Shown in pieces: positions 24,797 to 35,826 of a DNA stretch of 39,069 bases. Position 1 is the stretch's first letter. Each line of letters opens with the position of its first letter. The notes under the pieces were generated by a model. The model was not told the origin of the DNA and made no database searches. It was given only the letters and a program-made list of their open reading frames with translations. The position numbers were made by a program, and so were the translations under genes. The DNA comes from Chiloscyllium plagiosum (taxonomy: Eukaryota): positions 1-39,069 of the forward strand of contig NW_025214108.1 in the NCBI RefSeq assembly GCF_004010195.1, written 5' to 3'.

Positions 24797-25396
24797 CTTA
24801 GTTTTAACCCAAAAACAAAGTCCTATCCTTTGGACTTTTGAAGCAATGAGCAAAACCAATGCTACTGCTAAAAATCTACAACAGCTAAGAATATTCAGAA
24901 CTTATCCATCAAATGACAGAAAAATAATTTTCATAGGCATTGCCATAAACAATTGCAAATAAATCTCTAATACTAAAAGATCTTGAAAATATTTCTCTAC
25001 TGTAGCTAAATTGTTTCGTTTTTGAAAGATATAATACCCCTTCATATTTTCTTTTCTTCCGAAGGGATGGAGCAGAATGGAAACAGAATAAATGCAGGCA
25101 ATTTTTTGTACAGCTCCTAGTAACAACTAACTCAGTTACTCGCCTGCTGATAAATAAATGAACTGTAAGCAATACAAAAGGAAACTTAAGCCAATGACTT
25201 TTTAAAGTCCCATAATCCCAAGCTGAAAGTCCACATTAGCACCTATAAATGCACAGGTTAAAACTGTGGGAACCTGTATGACAAATACATAGATACTAGC
25301 CAACATCAGCAGCATTATCAAAGCAAAATGGTCTTGCGATGCATCAGGTAAAAGGAGGTTAGACAGTAAAAGATAATTCAAAAAAGCATTTACAAA

Positions 25397-25990
25397 AACA
25401 TAGAAAATAGAAGGAGTTGGCCATTCAAACTCTTGTGCTTGCTCTTCCATTCAACTCGATCATGGCTGGTCTTTCTCTGAGATGTCATTGTTCTGTACTA
25501 TTTCCATATTCCTTGATATCATTAATATAGTATACAGAAATCTGCCAAACTCTGTCTTGGGTATACTAAATGCCTGAGCCTTCAAGGCTCTCTTAGGTAG
25601 AGAATTCTAAAAAATCACCAGCATCTGAATAAAGAAACTCCTCCTCATCTTAGTTCTAAATGGTCTACCTCTTATTCTGAGAATGTAAGCCCTCATAACA
25701 GATCCTATAGGTAGGGGATTCATTCTTGCCCCTTTTACTCTTTTAAAAGAGTCCTGTAATAATTGTGTATGCTCCAATGAGATAACCTCTCATTCTTCTA
25801 AACTGTAGGGAAGAGAAGACTAGTCTCTTCAATCTATTCTCAGAGGGAAATCCCACTGTCCCACAGATCACTCTGGTGAGCCTCTGAACACTCCATCAAT
25901 AGCAAATCTATCCTTACTTTGGTCAGGAAACTAAAACTTCACACAAATTGTCAAGTGCGATCTCACCAAGGCTCTTTGCAATAGCAGCAA
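25397..25990 (-). mobile_element. Old CR1-like LINE 3' fragment
   Basis: Similar to 11880-11981/12719-13170 (…cctctcattcttctaaact…, …tctcaccaaggctct…). Confidence 0.65.
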
Positions 25991-26423
25991 TGCCTCTCCA
26001 AAAAAGACCAAAACGTACCATTTGCTCTCCTAACTACTTGCGGCACTGCATGGTTCCTTTCACAAAGATATGGAGAACTACAGCACAAAAAAAGGTCGTT
26101 TGGCCTTTCGCATCCATGCTGGTCAAAAACAATCACCGAACTTTCCATGACTTATGAAGGAGACGATTCAGGTCCATTTGAACATAAACATTTTCCAATC
26201 TTGCACCATTAAAGAAATATTCTTCATATCAGTTTTTCCTACCCAACTGGATAACCTTATATTATTCCAAATTGTATTTCACCTGCCATTGTTCTTCCAC
26301 ATTCAATTGCCCTGCCTAAATTCTCGAGTTTCTTTGCATCCTCCTCACAATTTACATCTGCACCTAGTTTTATGTCAACAAAATTGGAAATAGTACATTT
26401 GATCTTCACATCTGAATCATTAA

Positions 26424-27042
26424 CAGAAGTTAAAAATCACACACCAGGTTATAGTCCAACAGTTTTATTTGCAAGTGCAGATTTTACAGGTTGTGCGCTT
26501 TTTGAAAAAAAAGAATATCAGCAAATACAATTCTGCAGAATTGTATTTGCGGATACATTCTATTTTGTGCAAAAACACACAATATGTAGGCAGTCAATCC
26601 ATGTGACATTTTATAAATTTCTATTCTGGAAATAGAACCAGTCTGACTCAAGATTGGAATACAGACAGACTCTAACCTCACACCTTTAATGCAGTCTGAG
26701 CTGAGAGGTCACTTTTTTTTATATAAAACCTTAAGTTATCTCAGGAAAATTACTTTAAAGTAGTTCTGGGATTTACATTTTAATGAATCAAAACCTGCAA
26801 CCCATCCTAAAAGATGAAAGACTTAACAGCAAACTAGGTTTGTTCAATATATCATGAGTTGTATAACACTACAATCTTTTGCTCTAAATTATGTGTCCTA
26901 TGATCCTGCCCACTAGCTACCTGATGAAGGAGCAGTGCTCTGAAAACTAGTGCTTCCAGATAAACTTGTTGGGATTATAACCTAGTGTTATGTGATTTTT
27001 AAACTTTGTCCCTCACAGCCAACACCGATACCTCCACATCAT
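26424..27042. mobile_element. PLE-derived element with inverted termini, internal palindrome and hammerhead
   Basis: 26426-26472 is inverted relative to 26960-27007. 30-bp perfect palindrome at 26521-26550. CTGATGAAGGAGCAGTGCTCTGAAA at 26921-26945. Confidence 0.7.
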
Positions 27043-27720
27043 TAATAGAAGTTATAAATATCTGATGCTCAAGCATTGACCCTAATAACCCACTAATCAC
27101 AGCCTGCACCCTGAGAATGACCCATTTGTTACTCTTCGTTTTTGGTATTACCCAATCTTCAATCTATGCCAATATATTCACACTAATCCTTCGTGATCTA
27201 ATTTGGTCAATTAACCTCCCATTTGAATGATTATTGAAAGCCATCTGAAAATCCAAATAAACCAAATCTATAGTTTCCTCTCATAATTTCTACATGTTGC
27301 ATCTCAAAAAATTCTAAGACTTATCAAATGTGATTTCCTTTTCAATGGTCCTTAGTAATTCTGCCCAAACCTACAATTATTTTAAATGTACGGTTCTTGC
27401 ATCCTTTGGAATATGTAGTATTTTTCCCAACTATATATCAGGCTAACAGGTCTGTCATTCCCCAATTTCACTCCCCCCTCCCTCTCATGGTTATATTTGC
27501 TACCTTCCAATCTGCAGGGACCATTCCAGAATCTATAGAATTTGGAAGATAACCACCAACTCATTCAAAATCTTCATAGACACTCCTTTCCAATCTTGTG
27601 GATGAACATCACCACATCCAGGGTACTTTTCAACCCATTCATTTCACCAGCATTACTTTCTTTACAGATGCTAATTTACTTCAGCTTCTTATTTTTGTGT
27701 TAGTCCCTTTAGTTCTCTAG
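27043..27720 (-). mobile_element. Old CR1-like RT fragment (continues from ~26140-26423)
   Basis: Minus-strand GNDRPVSL (cf. GNYRPVSLT) in ORF 27382-27564, plus a DFQMAF-like motif near 27240-27255. Confidence 0.6.
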
Positions 27721-28959
27721 CATTCTTGAAAGGCCTTTTGTATAAGACTCGGATTGGAAATGTATAATTTTTCCCCTCTTCTCTTTATACAGAGCTGCTT
27801 CTTCTACACAAAGTATTTCCGGTTATGCTTTTCATGGACCCTTCATCCATGCAACTTGGCATTGGCAAAGCATCAATATATGCTCTTGGACTAACTCAAT
27901 CACAACCTCATGACTTCAGCCATATCCTTTCAAACATTCTCTGCCATTTTGCTTTGCACTAAGGAATTGCTAGACAACTTGCATAACTATACAAGATGCT
28001 TTATGCTGGCATAGAGTTAGGCATCTTATGGATCTAGTTTAGTTATTGGCACATAACATCTTTAACACGTACTTAGGTGTATCCAGCCTCTGACTCTTGA
28101 CTTGCCTTTCTTTTATGTACAAAGGCTTAAGCATTTAATGAGGCAGCCAATGTCTGAGGGTTAACCCTCTTTTTACCTGCATAAGGTGTTTAATGCTGAG
28201 TTAAAAGCAGACAGCCTCTTTGGATGAATGCTTTAGTGCAGAAGGAGAAAGCAGTTTGCGGTGGCAGGGAGGACTGAAGAGTAAAATGTATTAGTCAAAG
28301 AGAGTGGATATGTCAAATGTCTGGCAAAATGCGATGTCACCATCAGAATGGCAGCATGTACCTGCAGCTTACGCAGCAAACGCACGACATGCACTTGAAG
28401 TAAACAGCCATGCATGAAAATCAAGGGACAAGTGCTTAGTGGTTGAGAGTGACTCACACTTGGTCAAGGGGCTAATCTCATTACAGTCGAGGATGTCCAC
28501 AGTCAGGTCAAGTGCAAGCAGTCCTAGGATTATATGGTCAGTCAGGATATTGTTTAAAAAAATACAACGGGGAAAAAATGAAGGGGACAAGTTTCACCAA
28601 ACAGTCAGCATACTTGGTCAAAATACCTGAAACAAAAACAGAAAATGCTGGAGAAACTCAATAGGTCTGACAGCATTTGTAGAGAGAAAGCAGAGTCAAT
28701 TTTTGACTTTCTCTCCACCGATACTGCCAGATCTGCTGAACTTCTTCAGCAATTTCCGATTGTTTCAAATATTCAGAATCTGCACATTTTTTTTTAAAAT
28801 GAATCCAAGTGAGATGAGGATCAAGGTGTGATAAAAATAGAATTGAAAAGCAAACACATACTTATTATTTGCTTACCAAGTCACTGCTCTTCCCACCTGC
28901 CGATAACTTGACCCTGGGCATGCCAAGCCAGGAAACCTGCATCAACAAATGAAGACTTG

Positions 28960-29395
28960 AACCAAACACTGCTGTTTCAACCACCAACTTGAACAATTTG
29001 AAGACCAGATAAACTCTTCACTTTCAGTTCGGTGGTCAATCACTCATTTACAAACCAACACCAAAATATCTTGACATCACTCAACTGTACTTAGACCTAC
29101 CAGCAACATCTCCTGAACTCAAAGTCCATATGAAAAGAATGACAACACCTCTTGGTTGATCTGCAAACATCACTTAGATCAGTTGTAGCTTGAAGTCCCA
29201 GGCTTCACTGTTCAATGGACAACTCCGAATAACTCTAGAATGAATTATTGAAGATTGTAGCCACATTCTACACAGGTGGAACATGAGAAACAGATCAAAT
29301 TGGCCAGCCAACTCAGACCATTGCCTGTAGACATTAATTCTGATCTTAAGAGATCCATTCTTGGTGGCATCACAATCATTCAACATTGTCAAAAC
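28960..29395 (+). mobile_element. Old I-group (Vingi/Nimb-like) LINE fragment
   Basis: ccaacaccaaaatatcttgacatcact...acctaccagcaacatctc translates to PTPKYLDIT...TYQQHL (cf. PKYLGVTLDRTLT..H). Confidence 0.4.
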
Positions 29396-29869
29396 TGAAA
29401 GGAACTGCTGATGCTGTAAATCAGAGACAAAAATAGAAATTGCTGAAAAAAAACTCAGCAGGTCTAGCAGCATCTGTGGAGAAAAATCAGATCAACCTTT
29501 CAGGTCAAGTGCCAAACTCAACCCAAAACTTTAACTGATTTCTCTCTACAGATGCTGCCAGATCTTCTGAGTTTTCCCAACAATTTCTTTTTTGTCACCC
29601 ATTCAACACTGTCAGCTGAAGTGATTTTAAGAACCCATTCAATAAACCCCAAATCGTTCCCTAGCCATATGAATTTTTTAAAAAAAATTTGCAAAAAGGA
29701 TAGACACACAGTGGTGAGCAGAGATGGGAAAACCAATTTAAAGGACGGTGCAAGAACTAAAAAGGTTTAATTATCAGATAATGTTGATCAGGATTCAATT
29801 ATTTTGTCCAGACAAACAAACAAGACTGTACAGCACTCTACTGGAGATCTGTAAACATGTGAAACAATT

Positions 29870-30220
29870 GAGGAAGCAATAGCATAGTGATAATGCCACT
29901 GGGTGAGGTTTAGAAATACATTACCCTAAGCTAATGTCCTGGGACATGGAACGGTGAAATTTAACTCAACATTAAAACAAATCTCGAATTAAAATTTAGC
30001 GTAACAGCAACCATGTTACCAGGGTCAATTGTTGTTAAAAATCTATTTGATTCACGAATAGCCTTCAGAGTACGAAATCTGCCATTGTTACCCAATCTGG
30101 CCCACACATGACTCCAGACCCAGTGTTGTGATTGTTTGGATAGCAGTTAAGAATCAATTAGGGATGGGCAATTAACACAAGCTGGGTCATTGAGGCTCAT
30201 GGCCCATGAATGATATTTAA
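29870..30220 (+). mobile_element. Degenerate tRNA-derived SINE (second family)
   Basis: Decayed tRNA-like head, central ...gaaatctgcc...catgactccagaccca, and tail caattagggatgggcaat..., also seen inverted at ~18736-18810. Confidence 0.55.
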
Positions 30221-30378
30221 AAATTGGAAATTGTAGACAAAGAGCTGATTTTTCCATATTAGTCTCGTAGTGAGTCCAAAATAAGAGACTACAAATATAA
30301 CCATGAATGCATCTAGCATGTAATTATGGAAGAATGGTTGAATGCAGAACCTGCGAGATGAATAGCATACATTAAAGA

Positions 30379-30678
30379 ACAGCCAGGGAATTCCTAGAAG
30401 CATGGCACTCATCCACAAACTCCATCAACAAACACATCGACCTGGACCCAATATAGCGGCCACTACAGCGGACAGCTGAAACTGACAACCGGAAGCTGCA
30501 GGGACAGGCCACTATAAATGCCGGAGGAAACACCACAGAAGCGCTTCACAGGAGGCTCACAAGCACTGAGGATGTCATCTAGACAGGGGATGAAACGTTT
30601 GCAACAAAAAATTTCCAGCTCGGCGAACAAAACCACAACAACGAGCACCCGAGTTTCAAATCTTCACCCAAACTTTGA
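30379..30678 (+). mobile_element. Penelope-like element 3' end with hammerhead
   Basis: AREFLEAWHSSTNSINKHIDLDPI translation; CTGAGGA...GAAACGTT at 30566-30599. Confidence 0.8.
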
Positions 30679-30964
30679 ACATTAGAACATCTTAAATGTT
30701 CAGAGGTTTTGAAAGTTGGTTAGCAAATCGTTGCTGCTTTCTACAACACTTTGAAGGACTTTAGAAATACGTAACGTTGTGCAAAAGTTATATATTGTAT
30801 AGTTGGGTGAAAGACTGTGCAAACCCATCAAAGTGAGGAGCAAGAGATTATCAATTTCTGATCCAGCCGTGTCACTCCAGGTACTATTAAAAACCATCAA
30901 AAAGGCAACAGAGACTGCTACACATACTGAATGGAATCTGTTGAAAATAAACAAATACTATTAC

Positions 30965-32823
30965 CAGGGAGATCAATTAAATTTTATTTTTGGTTTTGAA
31001 ATTTGCCAATTTATGAGAACAGTTCAAGAGGAACAGATAGCAAGTGTTGCAGTAAAATATCTTTACATCAAAGATGACAGCATTTCTTCTAGAAAATACC
31101 AATTTCTCATTTAACAACTTTATATTTTAAGTCATTAATTATTTGCCAATGTCTTGCATAGGGTTAAAAAATATTCAGCTTTTAACATTAGGTAAAATTC
31201 CAGTTATGTATTAGCATTGGACGAGATGTTTCAAAAACAAAGTCTATAAAATCACTTGACTAGATGACATCTTTTTCAGGTATCTGTTACAGTACAAAAG
31301 CTAGAGAGACAGCTATTTGTGTAGTTTACACAATATGTTGTGCCCAAAATGAAGACACATGATTGATAATTTCCTCCTATATATGATGTTTACTCTTCTC
31401 ACTTTGTTTCTAACTGAGCCAGGAGAACTTGCATTGTAATTGAGATATACCAGTGGCTAAAATGGTTGCATGGATAGGATTTTAGCTTTTATTTTAAACT
31501 TATAAAAACTTAATTGGTAGCTATTTGGAGTACATGAGCAAACAAAGGGATCTTTTGAAGTTTGTAGCCATTCACAACTAGATGAACGAGCACTTGCCAA
31601 TATGATAACTGCAATTAACTCATTTAATAAGTGACATTAGATCACAGACTTTGCCGAAGATAAAGGTTTTGGGAGAGTGGAATGAAAGTTAGCATGCAGA
31701 AATTGTTTCACAGAAAAGCAATCTTCAGATGCAATATTGAAATGAAAAGAAAATACATGAAAGCGTCAACACTCATTCGGTGTACATATGGGTTAGCTAT
31801 ATTGAAAACTGCAATTTTCACTAGTAGGAAAGTCTCATCAGCCCTGTGTACATCCTGGCTCAGTGCAGGCTCATTTAATTAGTTATCCAATCACCACTCT
31901 TAGAAGTCTAGGAAAATACCCACAATGGAACAGACACTACTCGCCACAGTACAACGATACACCAGAAACCAGGAATAGAAAGACTAACAGAATTTTCCCA
32001 CTTTCCAAAGTGGGACTGTCAGAAATTTAGATGAGCTAACAAGTATGCAATGCACAACTCCTTCCTATTTCAATCTTCTGCAGTGATTGTGAAAATTGAT
32101 GAGCGGGAAATGATCAAAGCTTAAAAAGTTTGTCAGTGGTCTTTGAGAGATCCGCATTTATAGGATCCACAAAACTTGTATGTTAACCATGAGGTATTGT
32201 GTTTACCAAAGACCAAACTGTGCTCCTCCTCCAGCCAAAGCTCTCGTTGAATTTGGTGGCAGATTTTAAAATTATTCACATTACATATTAAAACACCCAG
32301 TAAGACAAAAGTGCATCTTGTTGATGGAACGTAGTATCCTTCAGTAGTGCAGATAAAAGCAGTGCTTGAATCATTTATCTTATGCCCTAGTCTATTTCAC
32401 AGTCAGAAACATATTGCAGATTGTCAAGCGTCTTTACAAGGGAGTACACAACTCTACAGCTGCTAGTTTTGCATTCAGAGAATAACTTGGAATACTTGAG
32501 TTTTCCCTATTTATATACAAAATATAAAATTTAACTCTGCCCACCAACTGGCACAGGGCAACAAATTCTCATATGAAATTATAATTCCTTTCTTTCAAAT
32601 TGAGTATACGAAAATATACAAATAATTACATGGTTTACACTAATATACAGAACCCCACTTCATTACTAGCACCACTTGCGTATGGTCATCCCAAAACCAC
32701 AAGGAGGACATTACAATTATCTAAAATACAGGACATTCTGCTGCAACAAGTCGAATCTTGACGGAAACATTCATAAATTTTTTCCTCTATTACCTGCTTA
32801 AGGTAACCTGAACTGCTCAAGAA
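30965..32823 (-). other. PNRC1: Putative PNRC1 3'UTR
   Basis: AU-rich stretch with no recognisable repeats after the stop codon. Minus-strand AATAAA at 31488-31493 and 30983-30988; the latter is followed by a U-rich downstream element. The 3' end is inferred. Confidence 0.55.
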
Positions 32824-33282
32824 TTATACATTAACTTTCAGTAAAGTCTTTAAGTGGACAGTCATTATTTCCTTACTCTCATCATGACATTCAGCATGTG
32901 CTCCTACCCAATGACTGGGCGGCTTAGGTAGAACACTGGGAGACGGTGGCTCACTAAACTTTGGCCCAGCATAGTTCTGATCTCCTTGAAGGCTCAGTGC
33001 AGACTTCAGTCCAGCTTTCAGTAATTTTAGATTTTTGGATGGGTTTGCAGAAATAATCGGCTTGTCTGCATCGTTTTTGATAATATTGCAGCATTCAACA
33101 GAAGGACCATTCTGGCTATGGCTGTTTTCATTTCTTTTTATTGAAGTTTTTCTCAACTGTAGGCTACGTCTGTTTCTTTTCTTGGTATTTAGAGGTTGGC
33201 AGTACTCTGTTTTATTTACACTATACATGAATTGTGTGTGTGGAATTATTGCTTTATCCGACCTTCCCATGGATTTGGTCAC
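32824..33282 (-). CDS. PNRC1: PNRC1 coding exon 2 (152 aa + stop)
   Basis: Polypyrimidine tract and acceptor TTTTCGTTTCTATCCTAG|GTG at 33283/33282. Contains the PNRC signature YAGPKFSEPPSPSVLPKPPSHW and the C-terminal NR-box-like HLKTLLKV. The start VTKSMGRSDKAIIPH resembles human PNRC1 VLKSKMGKSEKIALPH, and proximity to PM20D2 supports PNRC1 over PNRC2. Confidence 0.95.
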   Translation of the reverse strand: MTKSMGRSDKAIIPHTQFMYSVNKTEYCQPLNTKKRNRRSLQLRKTSIKRNENSHSQNGPSVECCNIIKNDADKPIISANPSKNLKLLKAGLKSALSLQGDQNYAGPKFSEPPSPSVLPKPPSHWVGAHAECHDESKEIMTVHLKTLLKVNV

Positions 33283-33916
33283 CTAGGATAGAAACGAAAA
33301 GAAAGAATGAGAAAGGTTGCAAAATTTGACTACAGAGCTAAGAGCCGCAGAAGTGTTTCGACTTTGCCAGCGATTGCCCCAGTGGTGACTTTCCCCTCTA
33401 ATGCGTTCCCTGCGAAACTAGACAATCTAACAAAAACTATCAAGACCAGCTTGACAGTTTCCAGCATTTCAGACAAATTGAGCTCCTATCGTCCTACAAG
33501 AGACTGTTCCTCTTTCCACCTAAAGAGGACAGTTAAGGCAAGTGGGGGGAGGGGGGGAAAGGAAGAGAGCGGAGAGGGAGATTTGACAGCCTGCAAAGCG
33601 GAAAGCCCCCGCACCGACTCCGCCCCTTTCCCCGGGAACCCGGAAGTGCACGAATATGGTGCGCCATTACGTGAACGGTTAGTTCTGTGGCCATTGGTCG
33701 GTGGGTGAAGCGCTCTGATTGGTCACTTGTTGCTGGGGGGAGGCGAGGAGAGAAAAAAGGGAGGGCGCGCGGCGTAACAGCTGTCGAACGGTCTCAGCGT
33801 TTAAAACGGGTCTTCCCGCCCAGACCTAACCCCATGTCCTCTCCGAGAACGGTGAAAGTTTCTCCCTCTTCCTTCTTTCCCCCCCCCTCCCCAATTTGAA
33901 CATGGGGGTCTCTCAC
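33283..33916 (-). other. PNRC1: PNRC1 intron 1 (634 bp, GT-AG)
   Basis: GTGAGA donor and CCTAG acceptor join the two coding exons in frame. Confidence 0.85.
33595..33730. promoter_or_regulatory. Promoter-like motif cluster inside PNRC1 intron 1
   Basis: NF-kB-like GGAAAGCCCC (33600-33609), GC box CTCCGCCCC (33618-33626), ETS CCGGAAGTG (33640-33648), bZIP-like TTACGTGAA (33667-33675), and two ATTGG/CCAAT boxes (33693-33697, 33718-33722). Confidence 0.5.
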
Positions 33917-34321
33917 CTTGCGCTCTTCCGCGGTCAAGCAGCTGCCAGTCGCTGGTGTAGTTTTCTCGGGCCCGGTGGTCGTCGTGGGCCCTGCAGCCCC
34001 GCCGCCCCGGGAGGCAGGCCGGCCGTGTGTGTGTCTCTGTAGCAGCGCGGTGGAGGAAGAGCAGCGGATCTTCCAAGCTCGACTCACCGCAGCCGTCTTG
34101 CCAGGTTGTGGATGTTGCTGCTGGTTGGAGTGACGGTGGCAGCTCACGACGACGGTCTTAGAGGCTTCGCTGGTGGGCAGAGGGCCTGGCGGTGGTCGGG
34201 GCAGGGGTAATGGATGCATAGCGACTTCCCACCGCCGCCGTCTCCTCCGCTTCCGACCTGTAGCTAAAATCTCGAACTCAGCATCTGAGGTGCGACGTCC
34301 AACGGAGGAGGCGATCACCAT
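33917..34321 (-). CDS. PNRC1: Proline-rich nuclear receptor coactivator 1, coding exon 1 (135 codons)
   Basis: ATG at 34321 starts a GC-rich, Pro/Arg-rich frame (MVIASSV...RKRRRRRR...PLPLPRPPPGP...EERK). It ends at a canonical donor AAG|GTGAGA (33917/33916), phase 0, in frame with exon 2. Confidence 0.85.
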
Positions 34322-34439
34322 GCAATGACAAAAACGTCTAATTCGCCCGAAATATATACTGGGAAGTAAGGTTGGGGAAGAGGAACAGTAGAATCACCAG
34401 CCTACCTCCTCCAAAAAAAACCCAGACCTCCTCGCCTTT

Positions 34440-35320
34440 CGTCGTTGGATTAAAAAAAGTTTCAAAAGGCTGAAAATGGCGGCCAGGCTGAAGCGATTTC
34501 CTGCGATTGTTCGCTCACTCGCAAAGCCCTCTCGTCTCAGGCTCTAGCTTTCCTCCCACGTATATCCCAGTGTGTGTATATATATATATCGTCAGCTGGG
34601 TTCAACAACGGGTAGACAGTAAAAGGCCGACTTCAGTTTATAAACAGCAGGAAAGAACATGGACACTAAGCTCCAGTCTCGCACTTGTCCTGACAACAAC
34701 CGGATTTGGGAGGGGGGGGGCGGGGAGAGAAGGGGTAGGGACACGTCATCACTCCCCAGCAACCACCAATGGTATCGTGCGGTGGTGGAGGCACGTGACT
34801 AACGACACGCCCGCGCGGACCGTCCCTTCTGGTCCCTAGCAACCATGATGTCATTGGTCTGCTGGAGTGTGACCAGATGGGGAAAGGGGTATTGAGTTTG
34901 GGGGAGGGCAACGGAGTTGGAGATTAATCTGATTTCTTGCAGTCGTATCTGTAACTTTTTAATTTATTTTTTTTAAAACATTCAAATCGCGTTTTGTTGT
35001 ATTCGTTTATAGTTCGCTATTTTCGTGACGACCGTTGGAATTGAGTTTTATTGGGGGGAGGGAGGAGGAGGAGGAGGTTGATCACATGACGGTACTTTCC
35101 AGGCTCCTGTGCTGTGACGTCAGCGCCGTCGGACGTCCTGAAACATTTTTGAGTCAATTCAGAACAAAACTTGGATTCCTGCTGCATGACACGGTGTGTG
35201 GCACTGATTTCCGCTTCTTTCACTGTGGGATTTTCCTAAATTGCCGAAGTGTTCCTTGGCTAGAAAGCCAATCGAATTCTGAATTTACTTTCGTTACATC
35301 ACGTCAGAATAAGAATCAGT
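34440..35320 (-). promoter_or_regulatory. PNRC1: PNRC1 promoter / 5' CpG-rich region
   Basis: YY1-like AAAATGGCGGC (34473-34483), palindromic TTTATAAA (34637-34644), CRE half-site ACGTCA (~34743), CCAAT (34766-34770), E-box CACGTG (34792-34797), ATTGG (34853-34857) and full CRE TGACGTCA (35115-35122). CpG density is elevated. Confidence 0.6.
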
Positions 35321-35504
35321 CAATAAGGTGATCATTCTGTGAGGAAAAACACGATTTATTCAATTTTTCTTTCTTAAAACTTCCCACTACTTTCTATTTC
35401 TTACACTATACAAAGGGTTTGTCCTCACCCCAGTCCGGGTACTCGTATGGAGTGCCGGAATTTGTCTTAAACATTGCCACCTCCCCAAAACAATGAGTTT
35501 ATGA

Positions 35505-35826
35505 TTAGATTAGATTAGATTCCCTACAGTGTGGAAACAGGCCCTTAGGCCCACCAAGTCCACACCGACCCTCCAAAGAGTAACCCAACTAGACACATTT
35601 CCCTCTGACTAATGCACCTAACACTATGGGCAATTTAGCATGATCAATTGACCTAACCTGCACATCTTTGGACTGTGGGAGGAAACTGGAGCACCCGGAG
35701 GAAACCCATGCAGACACGGAGAGAATGTACAAACTCCACACAGACAGTTGCCGAGGCTAGAATCGAACCTGGGACCCTGGCACTGTGAGGCAGCAGTGCT
35801 AACCACTAAGCCACTGTGCCCCCAAC
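35505..35826 (-). mobile_element. V-SINE/HE1-like SINE
   Basis: Same head, V-domain and (taatc)n tail as 15634-15948, on the reverse strand. Confidence 0.85.

Noticed and set aside
32824..33282. Calling this ORF single-exon PNRC2
   Set aside because: It begins at a splice acceptor (GTG), has an upstream Pro-rich coding exon, and lies next to PM20D2, as PNRC1 does.
33794..33916. C-terminal 40 aa of ORF 33794-34321
   Set aside because: Read-through into the intron beyond the AAG|GTGAGA donor.
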